From the IMG/VR virus record IMGVR_UViG_3300037991_003406, positions 1 through 32,158 of that record: DNA of 32,158 nt; one strand, given 5' to 3'. The notes beneath the pieces are model-generated. The model was not told the origin of the DNA and searched no databases. It saw only the letters and a program-made list of their open reading frames with translations. The stretch is from a virus (taxonomy: Duplodnaviria > Caudoviricetes). How positions within the stretch are numbered: the first letter of the stretch is position 1; each line of letters starts with the position of its first letter. Made by a program: the position numbers and the translations under genes. Below, piece after piece: positions 19,106 through 29,900 of the stretch.

Positions 19106-20919
19106 TGGCAAAGAAAACAACAACAGGATTTGGCTCATTTACACAGGGTATGCAAATTGGTAATTTGGTAAGTAAAAATCAAACAACTACTACAGATGCT
19201 TTTATGAAAGGTTTTTCAGGTGGTATACAAAGCTCTGGTATTTTAGAAACACAAAAAGCAGCTCAAGCTAAATACGATAGCATAATGGAAAACTTTAACA
19301 GTGGTGTACCTACAGTTACCGTTGAAGAAAGATCACAGTTGCAGCCTATAGTAGATGGTATATCAAAAGAAGCTCAAGACTTTGCTGTGCAAATGGTTGA
19401 AGACCCTAATAGTTTAGATGCGCAAGCAGGTTTTAATAATTCTATACAAAAAATAAATAGAATAACACAAGCACAAAATGCAAAATATGCTAATAATGTT
19501 AACGCAGCAAAAATACATCAAACTAATTCATATTCAAGTGGACAAGATAAAACAGAACTTGCTCACGCTAAAGAAATAGTTGGTAATATGGCTAATAGGA
19601 CTTTTGATACAGATGGTTACGAGACTTACAAAACTACAGACGGAACTGTGTATGACAACAATCCTAATACACCTAACCCACCACCACCTATAGTTGAAGG
19701 TCATTACCTAGCTGGTCACACCGCTGTGTTAAAGTCGTGGAACTCTAATGTAAAAGTTAACAATACTTCTAGTAAAATAACACAAACATTAGATGGTTAC
19801 AGTGTTGACGGGCAAGCAAACACAATATACAACGATATAATGAGTAGTGGTCCAGATGGATCAGCACCTACATATGGTAATAAAATGGATATATTATTTG
19901 GTGATATATCTGGTGATGGCCAAGATATTAGCTTTGCTGAAATGTTTATAAACGGTAAGTTAGGTGAAGAATACTATAAAGATTTAAATGGTAAAGAGCT
20001 TGAGTATAATGGTAAGCCAATATCTTCATATCCTGACAAAGCAACACCTACAAGTTTAGATGCTATAGGTGATCCTACTACAGCTCAGGACGATACTAGT
20101 CCAAATAGACCTACAACAAAAGCTGAAGCTTTAGAAGCTATATTAAGAGACAGAAACTCTAACGATGCTAATATGAGAAACTTTAGTAAATTTTATTCTA
20201 ACACTATAAAAACTGGTTTAGAGCAAAAGAAAGTTAATTTAGCATTAAAGGACAATAGAGTTATTTTAGATATGGATGGAAAGCCAGATACAAGGTTTGG
20301 AGACAATGGATTTTTTGATTCAGATGCTAGCGCTCAAGATGCTAAAAAGTCAGTATATGTTGATATGAAAACTGATAATTTAATTAAAAACTTTTTAGGT
20401 GCTAAAGTACAAGATAAAAAACTTACAGAAAACGGGTTACTTAAACTGTTTAAAAATGAAACAAATTTAAAGGTTAAACCTATATTAAATGAAGGTAAAG
20501 ATGGTGTAGCTGGTATTTCTGTTTATGTTGGTGTTGATAAGTTTGGCAAAGGCACTGGTAAAAAATTAACTTTTAATCTTAACGACCCTACAGATGTTGC
20601 AGATTTCAAAAGAATAATAATGAACGAAGCAGATATGTTTAAAGACTTACCTACGTTAAGCGGTGATCCTAGAAAATGGGGTATAACTCCACCTCCTTTA
20701 AAAATTGTAGACCAAACAAGCGCTATAATACCTGCTGCTAGTGACGATAATAAAGCTACAGCTGTTGTAACTAATGAAGACGATGAAACACCAAAAACTA
20801 GTATATTAGAGTCTCCTGTTTCTGAAAACTATAACATGGAACAAACTTCAGGACAAAGTAGTTTTAATATAGCTAGCACTCCAGTAAATCAAGGTTTTAA
20901 TTTTAACCAATCAAATTAA
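19105..20919 (+). CDS. Putative ejection/internal virion protein 2, 604 aa
   Basis: TAATG stop/start overlap with the previous gene; Gly-rich N-terminus, helical body, low-complexity tail; synteny. Confidence 0.5.
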   Translation: MAKKTTTGFGSFTQGMQIGNLVSKNQTTTTDAFMKGFSGGIQSSGILETQKAAQAKYDSIMENFNSGVPTVTVEERSQLQPIVDGISKEAQDFAVQMVEDPNSLDAQAGFNNSIQKINRITQAQNAKYANNVNAAKIHQTNSYSSGQDKTELAHAKEIVGNMANRTFDTDGYETYKTTDGTVYDNNPNTPNPPPPIVEGHYLAGHTAVLKSWNSNVKVNNTSSKITQTLDGYSVDGQANTIYNDIMSSGPDGSAPTYGNKMDILFGDISGDGQDISFAEMFINGKLGEEYYKDLNGKELEYNGKPISSYPDKATPTSLDAIGDPTTAQDDTSPNRPTTKAEALEAILRDRNSNDANMRNFSKFYSNTIKTGLEQKKVNLALKDNRVILDMDGKPDTRFGDNGFFDSDASAQDAKKSVYVDMKTDNLIKNFLGAKVQDKKLTENGLLKLFKNETNLKVKPILNEGKDGVAGISVYVGVDKFGKGTGKKLTFNLNDPTDVADFKRIIMNEADMFKDLPTLSGDPRKWGITPPPLKIVDQTSAIIPAASDDNKATAVVTNEDDETPKTSILESPVSENYNMEQTSGQSSFNIASTPVNQGFNFNQSN

Positions 20920-20926
20920 ATAATAC

Positions 20927-23900
20927 ATGGCTGAAAACCAACAATTTGACATAACGTCACCGTTTTATTATGGTATGCCTGGTAGTAGTAAGGCTGAAAG
21001 AGGAGACATTAGTTTAGCAGAATTTAACAAAAATCCTGGTAATATAATGTACTATCAAGTACATACTTCTGGTGATAAAGAAGGTCAAATTATAATGGAT
21101 GGTGATAAGCCTAGAATATCATCTTATGCCCAAAGCCTTATAGACGATGGTTTTAATATAAAGCCTGGTGCTGCAAATGTTCATGGTGTAATGATACATT
21201 TTGAAACAGATGAAGATGGTTTAAAAGCAAAGCAGCAATGGTGGAATAGAACTAAAAACTGGCAGGCTTACAAAGGAAAAACTGTAGATGAAGCTCTTTC
21301 AACATATAGTGGTAAGGGTTACGACTCTACTAAAATACCAGGTAATTTTGATGGTACTAGATTATTGTCTGAATTAACTGATGAAGAGCTAGATAGTTTG
21401 TCTTTAAACCAAATGGCTGCTGAAGATAGTGTTAACTATCAAAGATTAATTAACAATAATCTTATAGTAGTAGATCCAACCTCTAATATTGTGTCTATAA
21501 ATCTACAAGACACAAAAACTTCTCAAGAGAATCTTCCTATAAACAATAATATTCCAGGCCAACAAGGTATTGATCCTGACTCTGTTGAAGGTAAACAACT
21601 GCTAGGTCCACAAGGTCTTGACTTGTCTAGTCAATACGAAACAGGTGTTGATTTTGTTGAGCTTGAAGAAGATTTAAAAATAGAAACTGAAGAGCCTGAT
21701 GTTACAGGTGAAATGGTTGAAAGTATAGATTCAAAAGAAACAGAACAAATACCAGTTAAAGAGCCAGATACAAGTCCTATTGACGAAGATGAAGATGGTA
21801 TGCCAGACGTTGTTCAAGCACCACCTATTGAAACAGCTACTGTAGAAGAAGAACCTCTTCCAGACGGTATGGAAGATGTTGAGTTTGAAGCTCCAGATGA
21901 AACTCAAATTATTGACCCAAACGTAGACGCTCCTGTAAGTGGTCTTGATAGAAGTGGTTTGCTAACAACTGGGCAAGTACAAATAGCTCCAGTTAAAGTT
22001 TTAAGTAAAGATGATATTGCTTATGTAGAAAAAACAAACAAAGAGTTAGAAGGTATTAGCAGCGAAAATTATGAGATAGAAGCTGATATAGATCCTATAC
22101 TTGCTAAAAAAAGTCATGAAGAAGCGTTAAATCTTGTTGAAGATTATGACAAAAAATCTTTAGATTCTGCTTTGGCATATTTATCTAATAATTACAAACA
22201 AAACTTTGCTTCAAAAGAAGATTTTTTAGCTTATGCAGAGCAAAATAATCTTGATGGTGATATGTTATTTACAATGGCAACACCACCTGATACAGAACAA
22301 ATAACAGAGGCTAGAGAATTATTAGCATACAATAGAGAAATATTTAATGAAGTATTTTCTATGTCTAAATACTCTGGTTCTCATTTACAAAAAGTTGTTG
22401 CTTTATTTGGCGGTTTTGATTCTGAAACTTTAGATTTTGGTAAGTTGTCAAAAGATATGGAGGCAGCTTCTTTAATGTTTATGACACAATCTAACAAAGA
22501 CAGAATGACAGTTAAGTCTGCTGTAGACTTAGATATTAATATAAAAAACGAAATTATATACAAATCTAAAATGTATGTTTTAGACAAGTATGCTAAAGAT
22601 GTAGAAGATATTGGTGCGGATTTATTACAGGAAATAGAAAAATATAAAGAAGACGAAAAAAGTTTATTAGATGACAAAGCTGCTTATGAAAACGAGTTAG
22701 GTGAACTAAATGTTTTAAAGTCTCGTATTGCAGATAACACTAAGTTTGTTAGAAACCCTGACAACACGGAAAGCGTTGTTGGTTATGTTGATGAAGATTT
22801 AGTAAAAGAACTGCAAGCAGAAATAAATAGCAGGTTACCAGGTTTAGAACAAACAAGAACAGATCTTATAAGTAGACATGATGTTTTAAAAGATACAAAT
22901 ACTGATTTAATTAACAGGCAAAAAGAGTTAAAAAATGAATATGAAGAAGTTTTTTCTTTGTTAAACTTTAACGGTACAACTGGTTCTTTTAATCCTTACA
23001 ATTTTAAACTAGAAAGAGAGTTCAAAGCTTGGGAAGATGGTTTAAAGCATATACCAGTTATTGGTCATGCTGCAAACATTGGTCTTGCTTATGCAGACGC
23101 TTATGGTCAACTTGAGGTTAGTAGACGTGCTTTTACCGCGCTTTTTAACAACCCTTACAGTGCATTAGCAACTGCTACTGTTTATAAAGGTTTAGGTTTT
23201 GTAGAAGGTGAAATGGGTGGTTATGGACCTCAAAGTTGGGTAACAGATTATATTTTAGAAGCAGTAGCACCTAGAAAAGGTCTTATTGGTACAGACAGAG
23301 AGGCTTTAATTTGGAAAAATAATCCTAATTTTAAAAAAATTGGTGATGGTGGTTTAAAAGAGTTTTTTAGCTGGGATAATTTAAGAGCCGATAATCCAGG
23401 TGATTTTGCATACCACACACTTCATACTTTTGCACAAGCTTTACCATATGTACAACAGCTGGCAAAGGCTAGAATAAACTCAAAAGAAGTTGCTAGAAAT
23501 AAACGTATAGGTAAAGGCGATATGCGTTATAATGTTAATAAGGTTGGTATGAACTGGGTTTCAAGGCTAGGTTACAAAGTGCAAGGTAGTGAGTGGTTAG
23601 CTAGAAGTGTTGCTCAAGTGGGACGTAATCAAAAACTTATTTTCTTTGAAAATATGGCTGATGGTAGAGCTAGAGGTCTTGACGGTGAAAAAGCCTTTAT
23701 GTATGCTCAAGCAACTAGTTTAGCTACAGGTGTATCGCAAGCTATAATACCAGATTATAGATGGTTTAGCACTATAGCTGGTAGAAACGCTAAAAACAAC
23801 ATTGTTGCTGGATTAAAAAAAGTTAGAAAAGGTAATTTAAAAGATTTAGCTAAATGGCAAAAAACTATTGGGCCAGCTTTTAAAAGCATGATACCTGACA

Positions 23901-26900
23901 TGATTGGGGAGTTTGGTGAAGAAGTTTTAGACATGGCTTTAAACGATCTTGTTAAAGGAGCTTATTTAACTAACTATTCACCTGAAATACAAGATGCAAA
24001 CGCTGTTGGCCAAATGTTAACATCTACGTTTATACTTACTGGTGGTTTAGGATTAAATAAAGGTAGAAGAACTATGCGTATGCACAAAGAGCAGGTTTAT
24101 GCATACTACAAAGACAAAGGTTTTAAAGTGATGAAAGAAATAGACAATCAAATAGAGTCTATTGAGTCGGCTATGATGAACATAAAAGACAAAAGAACTA
24201 GAGAGGGTAGAGAGCTTAAAAATCTGTTTCAAGAAGAATTAAACCAACTAAAAGAAACAAAAAATCAAGCTGCTATAATTATTCAAGCGCAAGCAAAGTT
24301 ATCAAAATATTCAACAGTTGAAGAAGTTGATTTAATGATAAAAAAGAATAAACTTTTACAAGAAAAACAAAACTTAGATCCAAATAGTCAAGGTGCTTTA
24401 GAAATTGACAATAAAATAAAAGAAATAAATAATCAGCTTAAACAAACTGGTAGCGTTAAAGTTGGTATTGAAATGCTTAATAGAGGTATTAGCAATTTAC
24501 AAAAACTATTTGGCGTTTCAGAAGAAGATGCTAGAAATGGTAGCATAATAGTTTTAGATGAAGAAGACTATGACAACGCTGCTGAGCAAAGACAAAAACA
24601 AATACAAAAAATAAACGATGAGGTTGATGCTCAAATAGAAGCTATAAATAAAGAAATACAAGCTTTAACTGATGCTGAAAAAGGAATAAAAAATAGAGAT
24701 AAAAAGAACGGTGCTAAAATAAAAAAATTACAACAAGACAGAAGAGCACTTGCTAAATCTAAAACTCATCTATTACATGGTTCTATGCAGCCTGGTTTCT
24801 TTTATAAAGACGCTAAAACTGGTAAGTTTTTCTTTGTAATAAACAAAAGTGCCGCAGAAAGATCAGGTAATTATTTTGTAGCTGGTCACGAGGGCTTCCA
24901 CGCTTTGTTGTGGCAAACTAGTCAAACTGAACAAGGTAGAAAAATAATAAAAGCAATGGGTTTTGCTTTATTAAATAAATTAACAGAAACATATGGTAAA
25001 GGTTTTTTAAATAGTTACGTTGCTCAAAAGTTTCAGAAAGGTATAAACGATGGTATTTATTACAATGAAAAAACCGGTGAGATTGAGTGGGAAGAAGTTT
25101 TAGCTATATTTTCAGAAGCTTTAGCACAAGGTGATATTAAAATTAATACTTCGTTTTTAGGCCAAATAACATCTATAGTTAGGCGTATGGCTAGAGAAAC
25201 TGGTTTAAACTTTGAAATAGGTGGTGGTAAAGATGTAATAAACTTTATAAAAGATTACAATAGAGAATTTACAAGAGGTAGATTTAGTAGAGGTTTTAAC
25301 AAAATAAGAAAAAACGGTTTAGTAAAAGTTGATCCTGAGTTTGTTAGAAAAAACAAACAAAGAGCAAAAGTAGTTGAAGAAAAAAAGAAAGTTGGTGTTG
25401 ACGCTAGTGTTGATATAGAGCAAGACCCTGTAGAAAAAGGAAAAGAATCAATTGAATTTGAAAGAGATATAGACCCTGAATTAAACGTTATAGAAGAGTC
25501 TGACTTTGAAGATTTTACAGAAGACGAGCAGCTTGTTAGAGATTTAGTTTTAGGTTATACAGAGGAAAGCTGGAAAAGCAGTGGTGCAGAAAACGCTGCT
25601 AAAATAATACAAGAAATGGCTATTTTTGATAGATTAATAGCTGCAAAATTAAAAGTAGCAAGATCACCAGAAGAAACAAGAGACTTTGTAAAAAGAGTTT
25701 ACTCTGCATTATATAGTGATATATTAGGCTTTAATTTAGAAAACGATGACTTCTTTGCTTATTTAAATTCAAGAGTAAAGTTTAGAGCTGGTGATGTTTA
25801 TAATGAAGAACAAAAAGGTAAAGTTGAAAGAACTGGCGAGGATATTAGTGACATGAAGGATGTTAGTGATATTATAGATGACTCTGATCCTGACTTTGAT
25901 CCTGACTCTGATAATGTACAAGATCAAGAATTAGATAATAAAATAAATGTAGGTGGTAAGTTAGGTATTGTTGATGAAATTAGAGGTATCATAAAAAGAG
26001 GTTTTGACTTAATAAGACAAGGACCTGTTTTAAATGAAGATGGTACAATAAATGAAAAGAAAGAACAAGAAAGATTAAACGAGTTAAATGAATTAGGTTT
26101 TATTGATGGTGATGGTAAAATAATAGATTTAAACAAATCTTATAAAGACATGCCAAACATACTTTATAAAGCTATTGCTAAAAGATTTGGTGTTGACGCT
26201 GAAAAATTAAGCCCTTACATTAAAAAACCTTTTTCTAAAAACTTAAGAAGAGAAGCTGAAAGAGGTTCTAATGAGTTGTTAAACGCTCAAATGGAATTAA
26301 GAAAAATAGGCATGGAAACTCTTGCTGCTTTATTACCAGAAGGACATACCTCTACTTATGAAGCTACTGGAATATCAAGAACTAAATATAAAGTTTTTTA
26401 CAATAAAGGTAGGCGTGTTGGTAACAACTATATATGGCATAAAAAACCTGTTGCAGATATAAACATGTTAGAAGATATGTTAGGTATTATTGATAACAAG
26501 TCTTTTAGAGAAGATCGATTAGCCCAACAGTCTGTTATATCTATGTTAAATATATTAGGTAAGATAGCTACAATACAAACTGTAGTAGAAGTTTCTAAGC
26601 AAACAGGTGATCTTAGTGATTTAATAAGAGCTAATATGGAAGATGGTAAATCTAAAATGGCTCAAAGTATATTTTATATTAGACAAACTCCAGAAATACA
26701 ACAAGTTATAAGAGAAAATTTAGGAGATGTTGCTTATAGAATAGAAGCTATAGAAGACAGGTATAAGGGTGAAGAACTGACAGATAGAATAAAACAAATA
26801 TTTAAAGATGTTTACAAGGGCAAAGTAAAAGGTATTGGTGAAATGGCAACACAATTGTTTGGTGCTACAGGCTTTTTAACTCAATATATGGCCATGAAAA

Positions 26901-29900
26901 CTAACTACGATATACTAGGTGTTAAAATGCCTAGAGATTTAGACGAGTTTATTCAAGACAACTTGTTAAGCAAAGAGCAAAATGATATTGATATATTTGC
27001 TGCTCTTAATATGACGGGACCTAATGGTGAAACATTAACTAAAGATGCTGCTTTTACTAAAAAAGGTATTATAAACGGTAGAAAAAATCTTGTAGAAAAA
27101 ATAAAAGCTATTGATAAGTTAGTTGAAGAAAATAAATTAACTGAAAAAGAAGGTTACGAGTGGATATTTATGATGCAGTCAATGTATTCTGGCGCTGGAG
27201 TTTTAGGCGACAATACTTACATGCCGTCATCAAATGGTAGTTTTAGACTTGTTGAAAGCACTAAACCTCGTGGTAAAGATAAAATACCTGGTGCTATAAC
27301 AAAACAATATGCTCAAGTTGCTATTAGCGCAGCTGATTACACGGCTTTAGTAAATAGAGCAAACACTAGGTTTAAAATAGGTGGTGTAACGTTTAATAAA
27401 GAAATTAAGAAAAAATTTAAAATACAAGCTAATTTTGAAGAAAGTTCTAAAGCTGTAATTAAAGAAATAGAAGAGGGTACTTTTGATTTTGAAGGAAGAA
27501 AAGCACAAGCTGAACAAGCTAGAAGACTTTTAACTTTTATGGTTGAGTTAGCTACTGAAAGATATATTAATGATAATGACATGTTCAACGAAATGGACGT
27601 TGCTCAAGAATTATTTATGTTTGGTAGTAGTATGGAGGCTGTGTCTAGAAAAGCTGCTTATACTTATGGTATAGCTGAAGGATTAATAGTAAATGGTAAA
27701 TACACTGGTGACATAGGTAAAGCTGGTCAAGATTTAGAATACGATCATTTAGTACCACACCATCAGCTTATGCTTAGAATAGCTAGTATTGTGCAAGGTG
27801 GTGATATTCAAAATGTTGGAAAAAATTTAGAAAATATATTTGAAGAGTTTGTAGTAAATATAATACCTAAAACTATGGACAATGTAGTTACTAAAATGGG
27901 TATGCAATATCTAATGCAAGAAAACTACGAAGAAGGATCAAAGCTTGGTAGTTTAAAAGGTGCCTTTGGTAGAATGTATGGAGAAAAAACATTAGGTAAT
28001 TCGGATTTAAAAACTATAGTAAGCTTAGATGGTAAAAACACTGTTCACGGTAGAGAACATGTAAACTTACAGCAAATAACTTCTGCAGCTGTATCTTCTA
28101 AAAATTCTATATCTTATACTAGAGCTATTAGAAAAAATAATCAAATGGCTTCTGACAAACAGGTTAAAGGTATAAGCATATGGGATTTTGATGATACTCT
28201 AGCAAGAACAAATTCTCAAGTATTATTTATAGCGCCTGATGGTACAACTGGTAAATTAACAGCAGAAGAGTTTGCAGCAAAAGGAGCTCAGCTTTTGGAA
28301 CAAGGTTATGTGTATGACTTTTCAGAGTTTGATAAAGTTATAGACGGAACACCCGGACCTTTCTTACCTAAATTTATAAATAGAATAAAAAAGTTTGGTA
28401 TAAAAGATAACTTTATATTAACAGCTAGACCTGAAAACTCTGCTGCATCTATACAGTTATTTTTAAAAGAACTAGGTATTAATATACCTATAGAAAATAT
28501 AACTGGACTTGCTAATTCAACGCCAGAAGCAAAAGCATTATGGATAGTAGATAAAGTTGGAGAAGGTTACAATGACATATATTTTGCTGATGATGCATTG
28601 CAAAATGTGCAAGCAGTTAAAAATGTATTAGATCAGTTTGATGTAAAGTCAAAAGTAAGACAAGCTAAAGGCAAGCAAAGCATTGATTATGATAGACAGT
28701 TTAACGAAATGCTTGAAAGAAAAAGTGGTATTGAAGCTGATAAAAGATTTTCTCCAACAAAAGCTGCTAAAAGAGGTTTAAGTAAAGGTAGGTTTAAACT
28801 TTGGATAGCTCCTTCAGCAGAAGATTTTGCAGGTTTATTATACAACTTTATAGGAAGTGGAAAACAAGGTGAAGCTGATTTTAAATTCTTTGAAGATGTA
28901 TTGTTAAGGCCTTTTGCAAGAGCACATAATAAAATAAACACAGCTAAACAACAAGCTTCTAACGAGTATAAAGATTTAGTAAAGAAAACAGGTTTAAGAA
29001 AAAGATTAAAAGAATTAATATTAGATAATGATTTTATAGTTGAAGATGCTGTAAGAGTTTATTTATGGAATAAAGCTGGTTATAAAGTTCCTGGTTTATC
29101 AGAAACAGATCTTAATGAGTTATTAAGTTTTGTAGAAAGTGATGCTGAATTAAAAGCTTTTGCAGACGCTGTAGGTTTAATATCAAGAACAAACGAGGGT
29201 TATGTAGAGCCTACTGAAGACTGGATAGCACAAGGTATATCATACGATATAAATCAAAAAGCTAGTGAAGTTAGAAGAAAAGATTACTTAACAGAGTTTG
29301 TTGAAAACAGGAAGGCAGTGTTTGGAGACTGGGACGACAAAGGTAAGTTAGTTGGGCCTAATATAAATAAAATTGAAGCTGCTTTTGGTAAAGGAGTAAG
29401 AAACGCTTTAGAAGATATATTGTGGCGTATGGAAAATGGTACTAATAGAAATATTGGTAACAACTCTATGGTAAATAACTTTATGAACTATATAAACGGA
29501 TCTATAGGTGCTACCATGTTCTTTAATGCTAGATCTGCTGTGCTACAAACTATATCGGCTGCAAACTTTGTAAATTGGGAGGATAATAATTTATTTAATG
29601 CAGCAGCAGCTTTTGCTAATCAAGGTCAATATTGGGAAGACTTTACGTACTTGTTTAATTCAGACATGTTAAAGCAAAGACGTTCTGGTTTAACTCAAGA
29701 TCTTAATGCAGCAGAATTAATGCAGAGTGTTGCAAGGTCAAAAACTTTTACAGGTAAAACTGCAGCGGCAATAAGATTTATATTACAAAAAGGATTTTTA
29801 CCTACTCAAATGGCTGATAGTTTTGCTATAGCTTCTGGTGGTGCAACTTTTTATAGAAACAGAATAAATAAATATGTATCTGAAGGTTTGTCTAAAACTG

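Noticed and set aside
25892-25906. DFDPD as a virion RNA polymerase catalytic motif (cf. DFDID/DFDGD)
   Set aside because: It is generated by a 12-bp tandem repeat within an acidic low-complexity linker, without the surrounding beta-barrel context. FIDGDG near 26100 also lacks the DxDxD spacing.
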